The translations under genes were made by a program, and so were the position numbers. This document shows positions 38,575 through 52,503 of a stretch of 64,000 bases of DNA, in pieces. The notes below the pieces were generated by a model. That model searched no databases. It worked only from the letters and a program-made list of their open reading frames with translations, and was not told where the DNA came from. The stretch is taken from NCBI RefSeq assembly GCF_001194135.2, contig NC_068981.1, positions 26,937,345 to 27,001,344 of the forward strand. Direction: 5' to 3'. Position 1 is the stretch's first letter. Each line of letters opens with the position of its first letter. Origin of the DNA: Octopus bimaculoides (Eukaryota).

Positions 38575-41500
38575 ACTCTCTGTATTTCCCTATTTCATTA
38601 CCTCTCTTTATCTATGACAGCCTTTATCTACGATGTCCCTTGTTTCAAAGGTCAGGGGTCTTAGCATGTGTCTCTATATCCACTCGTGACTGCAGAGGTA
38701 AAAGAATTAACAACAGTTTGGTATATTTCACGAAGTAATACCTGTACGTAAGTAACGATTTTACTACTTGGCTATACTAAGATGAGTAATAGTAATATGA
38801 GTAAAAATCATAGTCATGAGTTTTGGAACGCTACCGTTCTCGAGTTGTCCAATCATCGACGAAAACTTCATCTATCATGGCCATTTTACTTGATGCGCGA
38901 ATTTATTGTTCGGAACTGAATCAACATGGAATCGAAACTGCATTCCATATTCTTCTTTGTTGGGATCTAATTTTACCCATATGGTGCGCACATTTAATAA
39001 AATATAACTTCCTTAATGATCTTACTCTCAGCATTGTTAATTTTTCACTCTAAGTGAAAACCAAAAAGATGGCCCCTTATACGATCATTCAATTTGCTAG
39101 ATACATCAGCCAAATATTTCTTAACTGATACCATATTATTAAAAAGACCCTAGATAACTGACATCATATTATTAGAAAGACCAAATAAGTTATATAGTAT
39201 AGTACCAAATAAGATAGTATAGTACCAAATAAGAAAGACATGATTTTAGCTAGCCTTCATCTGACATAGGTATCATGGATTACAACTTACAGGGGGAAAA
39301 ATGAATAACAATATCAGCGTTGAAGTCACCATGACCAACAACGTAGCCTATATGTGATTGCTCACCCTGGTAGAAATAGCAATTTGAATTCTTTTAAATT
39401 GCACCTTATAATCTTTAGAATGAAGGACGCCGAGGACAGAATAATCTTAGAAATGGAAAATGAGGAAATGACCACTTTTGAAACATGTTTACTGACAGGT
39501 TTTTACAGAGGAAACCCGGAGTAACAAGAACAACATAAAAAGTAAGAGCTTCTTAAGAATGAAGCTAGTCACACGAACAAATAATAGATTCTTAGAAGCA
39601 GTTGAGGAAATCTTCCGCAAATCACATACTCTCACAGCAGAAAATCGATTACACACTAGATAATATGGTCATTAAAAAAAATCAATAACAATAAAGTTGT
39701 CAAAGAAGGTCGTGATGGTCTGAGAGTACCTTTGATCATCGGTGTTTTGGATCAAGGCTGATACGTCAACGTACTAAATTAGTAATTGACAGAAGTTATG
39801 GAGAGAAAAAGTCACAGCGTCTTACTAAGTCTTTAACTATATGATTTTGAAATGTGAGTTGGTTTTCCATGAGTATTTTGCTAAGTTTAAATTCGTTGTT
39901 TAACCGATATTATTCTTGTAATTCGTAAAGAATATATCCGTCTAACATGTGCTTAAATACTGAACACAACGAACAAGGACGAAAACTTTGCGAAAATCAC
40001 GTAATAAAATTTTAGAATTATGGAAAAGACGGCCTGGGATTCAGACTTGGGTTTAAGCAAGTGATGTATCTACAATGAAATATGTTTTGGCGTCATTAGA
40101 CCTTCTCAGTGAGGTATATTCTACTCAGGTGGTAAGACTAAGTATGATTAGTGTTTATGGGAATATAGAGAATAGAGAGACATTGATTATGAACATTAAC
40201 CATCCGGCTACAGTAAAGAACTTAAGGGAATTCGGTGTATGAAATATTCAGGCATTTAATTTTGAGACTCGTCGTTCTAATCCAGTGTGGAGTTATTTGG
40301 TTATCTATTCCTCCAGGGTTTCTACTACAGTGACTATATATTCTTTTGGTTGTATACCTTCATGAAATTTATTATAGATGATTCACGAGGGAACCATCCT
40401 GAATATATTGAATTCTGCTTTGATTAAAAAGATTAAACTGATTATACACAAAAGAACATGTTATGATGAACAAAAAAGCTATCTACAATCAAAATTTGTT
40501 TCCTTTACTTTAATAATTATTTCTTCAGAAGGATTTTTAAAAAAATAGGTGTGGGTAATATCTGTTTTAGGCCTTCGTGCTTCTTTCATAGGCATTTCTG
40601 GTGTAAGTAGAGTGAAATGACAACAGCAAGTAATCGAAACCGGAGCTCTGACTTTTACTTCAATTATAATATTCCATTAAAACACCGTGGACATTCTTTT
40701 GAATCTAATAACAAAAACAACGATGCATTTTATTCGCTATATTTAAATTAGCTTATTAAAATAACCAAGATATCGAGCTCTCAAAGAATTTCCAAGAACA
40801 AAATACAAGATATATATATGTATACATACAACAAATAAAAAGAAAGATAAATTTCTCAAAGTTTGATTTTACTTTTACAATTTGAGTAAATTAATAAGAA
40901 ATAAAAAGAGAAAAGAAAGAAAACAGGTAAAATTATCAATATTAATATATTGAACAGGTAATATCATATCGTATTTCTATTAAAACAATAATTTTTCCAA
41001 TATCGCTCATCTAAATTAAAATCGAATATTTCTAAAATACTTTTCTCTTCTCGCAATTAGAAAGATGTTAGAAAAAATAATGAACTTACTTGAAAGTTCT
41101 TTTGAAGAGCGTTTTCGTCTGTATTAATAATTAAAGATCATGTTTTTTTCTTCTTTTGTTCTATTCTTCATGGAACAGTCTCTTCTAATGTTTATGTAAG
41201 TTAGATTCCGTTGAGAAAATAAAGGGGAGAATTTATCAGAAATGTTTTACGAAAATAGATTAACGAGTTTGATAACAAAAATAAGAAAAAACAACAGATA
41301 TTGCAAGAAAAAATATTAATTAGATATATGAAAAAAAGAAGTACGCATATAATGAGAATCTATATCGGAAATTGCTCAAAGACCGATTATAGAATTAAGG
41401 GTAACCACAAAATTACACGTTGAAATGATGTAGTTTGAAAACGAGCTTTTTGTTTTTTGGTGTTTTCGATCATGCTACGTTTAATACTTATTTATTTAAA

Positions 41501-43866
41501 CTAGTGTAATATTTCAACGCTCACCGAATGATGTATCTTGTTTACAGTGATGTAGATACTTTAATTGAGAGAAGAGAAAGGTAGTAAACACGTTTTTCTT
41601 AATAAGCAGATAGAATTATCTTTGGGAAATAACAAGTTTTCTTTTTAAATTATACTTTATTAAGTGTCTATTTAATTCTGAAACCTTGTGTGTGTGTTTT
41701 TTTAACTCTTGAATTACCGGATGAATTGACACAGCATGTACATAAAGAAGTCTATAACAATTTACCTCAGAGTTCTGATCAAATCTTTCGACCATTAATT
41801 TTTTAAGGGTAAACACCTTAGAATACACAAAATATCTTGATACACTAATTCTTCGATCCGGTTTCGATTTACGGTCGTCAGCATCTTTATTATCTTTACA
41901 ATAATTACTTCTTTGAAAAAAGCATGAGTATCGCAGCTTTCAAACATTAATTCTTTGAGGTTAAAATCCACAGAGTATACAAATATATTTGGTACACTGA
42001 TTCCAGGACCTGATTTCTGTTTACAGTCGTTAACGTTTATATTTTATTTATATCGTTTACGTCTTTGAGAAATGCATTAACGTCACACCTGACAGGTTTT
42101 TGTTAACTAGAGTGTCAAGGTTTCTTAAATTGATTTGTGAAAGTCATGGAAAAAATAAATCGACCGATGTATTCCCAAAATATTATGTTAAACTTGAAGT
42201 AAATTATAACAAACATTTTTTCTTTTTTACAAATATATAAAGCTATCCGCCGTTCAATAGGTTTTTTTTTTCTAGTACGAAGATCAAAAACTACCATTTA
42301 ATATTCCATTCCTTAAGTCGGTTACGTATTCGAACAAACTCATAGTGTATTTTTATCTCTTAATTTTGCTTACATTTTCCTCATTATTTCTATATTCATG
42401 GATGCGTCAAAATCATATTCTTGACTTTTGAAAATTTTTTGCGACATTTCAGTTTTCTAAAAATTTAGGTCTCTGATTTACCTACGCCGTTGGAAACGGC
42501 TAGCATAATACGGTACAGTGGAAGGCATAATGGTATATATTTATGTATTGTTAAATGAAAGGCTACTAATAAAGAAGCCAGCAGTATGTTTTACTTAAAC
42601 CAATCGTTTTGATATGTAAATGATATCCACTAGTACAAAATCCCTATGATTTTAGAGTTGATTTTCTTCCCAGCTATAACATTCTAATATTTTTGTATAC
42701 ATCCAATATTATTTTTTGGGATGAGAGACAATTTGTAGAAATGAACATTTTCAAAAAACTGAAATAATTATACGGTAAATAGTACATTCTAGTTGTTTTA
42801 TCTATTACAATGTATATAAAATTATAAATGTACAAATTGTAAAGAAAAAATATGAAAAGTATTGCTGATATCATAGTTCTTAAGACTAAAAAGAATTTAT
42901 TTGGCATATCTTGCGATATATTTATATATACAATAAAATCTTAATCGATCGTGATTTATTATTTTCTATGAGTTATTATTTGAAAATTAGGGAAACAAAA
43001 TTTAGATAAATTCCCGAGCAAAACAAAGATAGCTTTAATATGAGTCCCTACAAATGAAGAATATCCCTCAAAGTAAATGTCATTTCAGTGATAATATTTT
43101 AAGTATCAGAAAGCGAAACAATTGAACGATATTCAAAGTCATTTCAAGAAAAAACAAGAGTTAAATTCGCATTGATAGCGAAATTTTAAAACTGCAATAA
43201 ATGTTTTCTTTGAAACTACAAGTTCTATAATTTTTATCGGGTATCGATTGCTTAAAGAACGATCTGCAAATAGGAATGTCCGTTAGATATCAAAAACTAC
43301 TTTACCTTTATTTCAATTATTATTAATTGTAAGGTTATCAAAAACAAAAAGAAAGAAAAACCGAAACAAACATTGGATTTGCCATCAATTTTAGGCGTCG
43401 GCATAACAGCAAAGAATCACGGAAAACGCCCAGAAATGCGACAATAGAAACTAAAGACAATAGAAATAAAATTAGCAAATTTGAAGAGAAAAATACTGTT
43501 GGAACTAGATTTCTCGAATGCACACATCTGCATATTTATATGCATAAGCTAAGAAATCTACACACTTTCAGAAATGTATTAAGAGCAGTAACGCGAAATT
43601 TCACATATAGTACATGGTTGGTGTAAATGGTTTCAAAAGCGGTTCATTAAGATAAATATCAATAAATGCATCGTTACATAATGGTGATGAATAAGTGATT
43701 GGTTTAAATTATATTTAATTTACAACGAATGTTTACAGAAATCATCAGTGATACTATATGATATGCTAAACAGAAATCTGTTACTGGTTTAAGTGCATCG
43801 GGATAAAGTAACACAGAGAAAACAAAAATTCTGATATAAATGAGTAAATAAATATAGAAATATATG

Positions 43867-43928
<62 letters not shown>

Positions 43929-45197
43929 CACACACACGCACACACACTTATATATATATTTATATATATGCATACATGCATGCATGTGTGTGTGTATGTG
44001 TGTATACAGCCTAAATATACACAACTATGCACACAGAATTAAAAATGAATTAAACATGATTAAACAATGAAGGAGCTCTTCACCAATATATATATGTGTG
44101 TGTTTATGAGTATAAATGGGTAATATTTTCATAGCACGACATATATAGGAGAAGTGCTATTCGTGGAACATATATCTTGTTCAGGTTTTGATTGATTTAA
44201 GCGTAAACATTGAGTTTGTTTGTGAAATTGGTGGCTATTGTTCAGAGTTCATTCAAGCATCTAAGACTGTGAATAATTGCCTTTATCCGGTTTAGGTCAA
44301 GGTGGTTTGATAAAAGCGCTCTCGGCGGAAACCAAGATGAGAATTTAAGGATTGTATAAATTCCTCGTTGAAGGCTTATGAAATAGGGGACGTCAATTGG
44401 GAAAGAGATGCTTGTTGTCATCATCAAAGGTGAAAACGAGTAACGGAAAATGTTATCTTCCCACAAAAAAAAACATATATATATATATATATATTACGCG
44501 CCGCCGCCGTAGGGAATGGGGGAAAGGAGGGAGGTTTGCAGTATCTGTAAACATGTATGTTCATTAAGAGCTGGTCTCATTAGGAAACATCGGAGCTACT
44601 TGTGTAAAGCATAAATTTATCTGAGTGTACAATGTTCTTAAAGCTCACTGATGGTTCTCATTTCTGTCACGAGTGAACAGACATTATCTATGTATTATAT
44701 AAAGACAACAAGCCTATCTTACAAAGTTAGGCCTGTAATGTTTAGTATCCGCTCTCCTTCCTCCTTTTTGTACAGAGCATGTTACTCATTTTAACATCTT
44801 GAGAAGTTTATCATGCAAGAAAAATGTATCAGCAGTGGCTTTGCGAGAGATTTCATGCACGTCTTTAAAAGAATATGCCGGATATACAGCTGGACACGTT
44901 GTTGAGTTCCGGTTCAACGGTAGATTATTACATCTTCCTCGTTTATGTGCAGATGTAACCGGTGGTTGCTACTTTCCAGTCTAGATCTGGCAATCTTGTA
45001 ATCTTATGAGTAAATTTGGCAGTCTTATATATACGACCGACTTCTTTCAATTTCTGCCTACCAAATCGACTTACAAAGTGCCATGCATGCAGTGCGATTA
45101 AACCTAGAACTATGTGATACGAAAGCAAGCTTCTTACAACACATGCTTATGTTCATGTGTATATATATATATATTGTTGTATTTCGGGATGGCCTCT

Positions 45198-45473
45198 ATA
45201 TATTTTTTCTTCACTCGTTTATTACTGTTCTTATATTACTATTTTAACCCATGTCCATTGTCCGGCAATCTCTTGTCACACATCTGCGACCTCATTCAGC
45301 GACAGATTTCGTTTTCATCTTAGAAAAGGACTGGAGTAAGTGGAGCGAGAACACACACGAAAACGAAAAGTGTAGCTGAAGAGGTCGCAGATATGTGGCG
45401 AAAGATTTCCAGACAATGGACATGAGTTAAAATAATAAAATAAGAACAGTAATAATCGAGTGAAAAAAATATA
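45198..45473. mobile_element. Foldback/MITE-like long inverted repeat
   Basis: ~115 bp arms (45198-45316 and 45359-45473), roughly 85% identical by eye, ~42 bp spacer, TA-rich flanks. Confidence 0.8.
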
Positions 45474-45551
45474 TGTATAATGCGAGTGTTTATTTGGCAA
45501 CAATATCTCTTTTAACAGACGATTTCACATAGGGAATCTTGCAAAACGAAT

Positions 45552-45585
<34 letters not shown>

Positions 45586-45956
45586 CAAAATGGAATGAAC
45601 ATAGTGATGACAGAATTTTAAAAGTTTGCTGCCAATGCATACAAAATCATACTTAGTAACTTTCCCTTTTCATGTATAGTGTTTTCTTTTCGGTGCTTGA
45701 ATTTGCTTCCTACACTTAAGGAAATTGCCCCTTCAGAAGCTCTATGTACCTTTATACGAAATCCAACTTCGTGTAAAAAAATAAATATAATCAATATTTA
45801 GAGATATTGAGTGCACTTTCTTTTGTTAAAAAGAAATCACACACACCTATGCATGCATGTATGTATGTATGCATGCATGTATGCATGTATGAATGTATGT
45901 ATGTATGTATGTATGTGTGAATATATGCATGTATGTATATATAAGGTGTATATGTG

Positions 45957-46032
<76 letters not shown>

Positions 46033-46359
46033 GCATGACTACACATATATATATATATATAGACAGGCACACACACACACAAATACACGTATATATCTAT
46101 ATGTGTGTGTGTGCGTGTTTGTATCTGCATAAGTATGTACATTTTTCTGAGTGTAAATATTACCCTGGTGTATTTTAAAAACCTTAAGCCAATTTATTTC
46201 ACAAAAGAACAATTGCAAAACTTCGAAATTTCAGCTGAAGTCTACAGGCAAAAATCTTTGTGGAAACTATTCTAAGTTACTTTTTGCTTGTTCTTTTTTT
46301 TTTGTATAATATATTTTTTTGTTCTTTTGTAACTGTTAGTGAATTTGCCTGTAATGCAG

Positions 46360-46437
46360 AAGTTTAAGTTATATAGTTTGGCATTACCTATTGAGAATAA
46401 GAAACAAAATACGATAAAAATAATTAAAACTTTAGCA
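46360..46437 (+). CDS. Candidate 78-nt internal exon (phase 0-0), unidentified
   Basis: Long pyrimidine tract, tgtaatgcag|, KFKLYSLALPIENKKQNTIKIIKTLA, GCA|GTAAGT. Confidence 0.3.
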
Positions 46438-47584
46438 GTAAGTGAAGAGAAAGAGAAAAAAATATTGCCTGGTACGTTGTAAAGAAATAAGTGAAAACTA
46501 CACCAAAACACTTTCAAATATGATGTAGAGTCACTAGAGGATATATTTCATACGTAGCATTTCTCACTTAACTGGAGGGAACTAAAAACTATTCTCAGAG
46601 TGAGAAAGTATTTCGACATAGAATAGCATTTCTGGAAGCATGCATCAAAAGCTGAATTTTTAGACCAAAGCAATAGTAGAAAATAAAACAAAACAAAATG
46701 ATTATGTTAAAAAATGTTGTTATTGATTTCACAGAAATAACTTTACTACACCTGTAGATCAGAATTCATTTAAGAGAAGCAAGATTGTCTTTCGGTTTCT
46801 AAATTTCAATAAATTACTCCGATCTAAAATAATTAAACAGAAAGCGTTGTTTTAAAACGCGTATTCTATTCTGGACAGTGTTAGCAATATTGGTTTTATG
46901 TTGGTTTTACTTGAGAATGGGTAGAGTGACGCACAAAATGTCTTGCAACGTTTTGCTTTGCACCTGGTGAAAGCTGTAATTTCTCAGACTGAATTTATCA
47001 TTTTATTGTCCCAAGGTTCACTAATTGGACACTACTCTAATTTATTAATTGCTTGTACCACTACCAAGTACATGTGGCTTGGTGTCTCGCAATGCAAGAG
47101 AGTTTTGTATCGAGATTATACATTGCATTTGACTTGCGATAATTTTTCTTGCTAACGATGACATTTTGTATTANNNNNNNNNNNNNNNNNNNNNNNNNNN
47201 NNNNNNNNNNNNNNNNNNNNNNNNNNNNNNNNNNNNNNNNNNNNNNNNNNNNNNNNNNNNNNNNNNNNNNNNNNNNNNNNNNNNNNNNNNNNNNNNNNNN
47301 NNNNNNNNNNNNNNNNNNNNNNNNNNNNNNNNNNNNNNNNNNNNNNNNNNNNNNNNNNNNNNNNNNNNNNNNNNNNNNNNNNNNNNNNNNNNNNNNNNNN
47401 NNNNNNNNNNNNNNNNNNNNNNNNNNNNNNNNNNNNNNNNNNNNNNNNNNNNNNNNNNNNNNNNNNNNNNNNNNNNNNNNNNNNNNNNNNNNNNNNNNNN
47501 NNNNNNNNNNNNNNNNNNNNNNNNNNNNNNNNNNNNNNNNNNNNNNNNNNNNNNNNNNNNNNNNNNNNNNNNNNNNATATATAT

Positions 47585-48099
<515 letters not shown>

Positions 48100-48316
48100 A
48101 TATACACACGAGGTGTAGACAAAAGATACTGGCATTTTCCCAAAAACGCTCTTTTGGTTTCATTGCACTGCCTCAGGTAATATATTTTGAAAGGTTTTAA
48201 ATAAGGAAAATCTTAAGTAATGGATGTTTTTCACATATTGTGCAAACCTAAAATGTATGTTTTCAAAATATCACTATCTGGTTTGACTTCGTTATTACAA
48301 CTTATACAAGTCAATG

Positions 48317-48411
48317 CCAGTACAAACTAGTGGATACTCTAACAAGCCCATACCAGTACAAACTAGTGGATACTCTAACAAGCCCATACCAGTTCAAACT
48401 AGTGGATACTC
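48317..48411. repeat. 36-bp tandem repeat, ~2.6 copies
   Basis: Unit ccagtacaaactagtggatactctaacaagcccata. Confidence 0.95.
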
Positions 48412-48760
48412 AAAGAACGATTTAGAGTAGTTTGTTATATTTGACTCGAGACTAAAATTCAGGAATTAAGCACTGTTTCTAAGCATAATACACAATAAAT
48501 TATACACTCCTTGCGTGTAAACATTACGGACATCCAGCGAAGTTTAAGCACCATATACATATTAATGTATTAAGATTTGTTTTTATGTTAAAATAAAACC
48601 ATATTAAGCAAAAGCATTACTCACTTGTTATGGTGGAGCGCAAGTTTGTTATTCATTAACAAGAACAGTATTAGAAGTGACTTCGAAGTTTCGAACAGTC
48701 CGATGGACGCTTAGCTGGCCGAAACATCGAAGTCATTGTCACTTGTACGCTTGTGTTAAA

Positions 48761-48794
<34 letters not shown>

Positions 48795-48955
48795 ATTTAT
48801 TTTTCGTAATGAGATAGAAAAACCAAGAGTGTGTGCATTATAGAACATTTATAAATAGAAGTTCGTACAGCTGTTTCTTGGATATTTATCATATCCCTTC
48901 ATCGGAGCCGGTGTGAGAGGATGGTTAAGCAATAGCACCACTACCGCTCGTAACC

Positions 48956-48988
<33 letters not shown>

Positions 48989-49126
48989 GTGTGTGTATCA
49001 CATATCTATTTATGCATATATACACACACAGAGATATATATGCATATGCATATTAGTGCAGCAACAGACTCTTGTAAACTTAGTCATGTATATGTCTTTG
49101 TGTGCTTGCCTGTGTGTGTGCTTCTC

Positions 49127-49215
<89 letters not shown>

Positions 49216-51771
49216 AGAGAGAGAGGGAGAGAGAGATACATACATGCATACGTACATACATACACGCATACATACATGTACAGAAAGTAAATGAAAGTAC
49301 ATCAATAAACCTCGATGTAAAGACATATATCGCCACCGTTTTTGTTCTTTCACTCGCTAGCAAACAAAGAAACAAACAAGCAATGAAATATATATATACA
49401 AACAAACACACAAACACAGCGCAAAGATTGTGATGACCTTAGATCATGAAGTTTAATACAACATGCACCGAACATTTCTTCGTAAAGAAGGGAAAATAAA
49501 CAACGACTGTTTGTCTACAGTATTGGCAGACATATATAGATGTATATCTCAACGGAATGTTTTAATTGTCGATTACTATAATACATTAGAGCTGCGCTTA
49601 TCGAGATCAAAATTTTATAGCCATTGAGGCGATGTGCAGTTTCTGGGTAAAGACCGGAAGCTTACTGAGCTTAATGTCAGCAAATAATGGGAACGAATTT
49701 AGTTATGACTCTGGACTGCCAAGTCCAAGGGTTACAAGTATTACCCTCCTAAATAATGAAATGGTCATTCAATGACGTCATTTCACGACAGTATTTCATA
49801 CTTTCTACAACACGGTCTTATTTATAGACTCTTGAGGAAGTATAAAACTGTATGGAAGTTTATAATAATATATAATTGATATCTTTGTTTCTTTTCCTAG
49901 CCAGCTTCGCTTTTTTTTTTTCTTTTTTCACTGTTAGAAAAATAGAACTTGTTTTGTATATATCGCTTTAAATCGTAGTTTTGTGAAGAGGAGGCTAAGA
50001 CAGGAGAATGATATCTGGCACAAAATATATTACTTAGTTGCATTCTTTCATTTTATGTGTTCAAACCAGAGCAAGGAATCAATGAAATATGCACAAGCGA
50101 AGGAAAAATTGTATGAATCGAAAATAATTAGTATTTTGGCTATATAAAGAAATAAAATTTATTAATAACGTACGAACTAGGATTCATAAATCAATACAAA
50201 CACAATATATACCTTTACATTATAACAATGCAAGTAGGTGTTTTTATTAATTTATATACATATATACATACATACATATATNNNNNNNNNNNNNNNNNNN
50301 NNNNNNNNNNNNNNNNNNNNNNNNNNNNNNNNNNNNNNNNNTGTGTGTGTGTGTGTGTATGTATATATATACATGCATGCGTGCATGCATACATACATAC
50401 ATAAGTAATATTTTGAAACTTGTGTATATACCTTGTATTATGTCGTTTAAAGCCCGTTCACTGAATTCGGCTATCTGATGACATAAACGAGTATTTCGGC
50501 TAAAATTCCACAAGGCGGTGCTCCAGCATGGCCGCTGTTTAATGACTGACACGAAAGCAGATCGATATTGATGTATATGTGAGCGTTGTCCTAAAAAACT
50601 CAGGCTGTTGTTACGTAGAGGGTCAGTCTGTGAAGAAGAGTGAAATGTCATTTGTCGTTGACAGAAAAACGTTTTAATTTGCTATGCATTGTGGGTAATA
50701 TTACTAATTTGTGGTTGGATAAGAAATCACCAGAAAATTTCAGACTATTATAATAGCTTCTATCTATCTAAAAATCAAAAGCACGGAATCTGTCAGGTAC
50801 TTTCCAGTAAGGTTTTATATATAGCATGCACGAATCAATAAATTCATTCATAATTATCAATCAATTAATTTAATACTTGTTTAATTATTGAAAATTATGT
50901 CTTTTCGGAGAGTATTAATTGCATAATGATAATAATCTGCATCCATCAACGAAAACAATAATGACTGCTTATCCGTTTTTTTTAGAATTGTTCTCCAAGC
51001 AGAATTAAACCCCTCTTTACATTCAAAAGAAGAAATCACGTGCAATGTTACTAGCTCTTGTAGCATCGGCAGTCAAATCTCCGTCAAACAACCTTCTTAT
51101 AATGTATGAATACATTGCGTAACGTAATCATATGTATAAAATGGGAAGACCGAGGTCAATGCATTGCCAAGAACAATAGGGAAAGAATGATGCAAGCAAA
51201 GCAATGTATCTCAATGGGAACAAAATGTAATGCCTGTAGGCATTGTTCCACCTGCGAAATACAGAAGCTGAATTATCATCCTTCAAACACTGCTATTTTA
51301 AATAGACATTCATGGGAAAGGCGGTGTCCCAGATAGCTATGAATGTGGGATTAGGACGGCTGGAATGCTATTAGATTACAGGTATCCTCCATGGTGACTG
51401 CCAAACTACTAAACAACATGGACAACTAGAATTCAAATTTACCATAACTAGATGCAGATGTAATATTTATCAGGTAGGCCTTATTGAATATGTATATGTG
51501 TGTGTGTGTGTGTGTGTCTGTGTGTGTGTGTGTGTGTATGTGTGTGTGCGTGCGTGCGTGCGTCTGCGTGTGTGTGAATTATCGACCACTTTGCTTTGAT
51601 GTCATACACGTCAAAAGTTTATATTAAATTTCAGCTCTAATTTGTATATTGCGTGTTCTTATTTTATCTAGTTCTGAAACATAGTCATATTTAAATCATA
51701 ACAAAATGTATATGAAAGTATATTGTCTATAATCCTTTTATTCCTAATTGGAAATACTTAAATTGATATCA

Positions 51772-52187
51772 AGCGGTGAGCTGGCGGAATCGTTACTACA
51801 GCGGGCTAAATACTCAGCGACGTTTCGTCGAATTCGACTTCGCAGTTCATAGCTTCTAGGTTGATAAAATAAGAACCAATTGCGCACTGGGATCGATAAT
51901 ATCGACTTACCCACATCCCCGAACTCTCTGAATTTGTGCCAGAATTTGTAATCATTTAAATGAATAACATTGAAATAGGATTATCGTAATTTTTATTCAT
52001 TTTTGATTTACGGTTTCGTCTGACTCAGCTAGTGTAATATTCCGTTCTACTGTAGGCACAAGGCCGGAAATTTGGTGGCAGGGAGTAAGTCGATTACATC
52101 GACCCCAGTGCTCAACAAGTACTTAGTTTGTCGACCCTGAAAGGATGAAAGGCAAAGTCGACCTCGGTGGAATTTGAACTCAGAACA
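51772..52187. mobile_element. Inverted pair of SINE family B copies (+ 51772-51945, - 52040-52187)
   Basis: Head gcggtgagctggcggaatcg on +; gtcgattacatcgaccccagtg...aaggatgaaaggcaaagtcgacctcgg on -. Confidence 0.85.
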
Positions 52188-52240
52188 TTATTCTTTTTCA
52201 TTCCAGGTGCCATAATATTAAACATTTGCAAAGAGTATCT

Positions 52241-52503
52241 ATGCCACGCACCAAACTGTCAGATTTTCGAAGAGGTCGTATAGTTGGGCAATCTAGGCTG
52301 CTCTTAGCCAGCGAAAAATTGCCGAAAATTTTCAAATTCTTCTTGTTACTGTTAATAGAATTATAGTGCAATTCAAAAGCCAAGGAAAAGAATCAACAGA
52401 TACTCGTCCCGGCCGACCTGGGCCCTCGGAAAGGAAGCTTCGCTGTTTGAAGAGAATTGTGGAAAAAGAACCCCGTTCGAAGGCTTCTGACATTGAAAAA
52501 TGA
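52241..52503 (+). mobile_element. Tc1-like transposase N-terminal fragment (frameshifted)
   Basis: [75 protein letters not shown]: paired-like HTH plus GRP motif. Confidence 0.8.

Noticed and set aside
40571-40602. Micro-exon GLRASFIGISG as the partner preceding the duplicated exons (F.G.SG motif)
   Set aside because: It lies downstream of both copies and its phase (0) does not match their phase-2 start.
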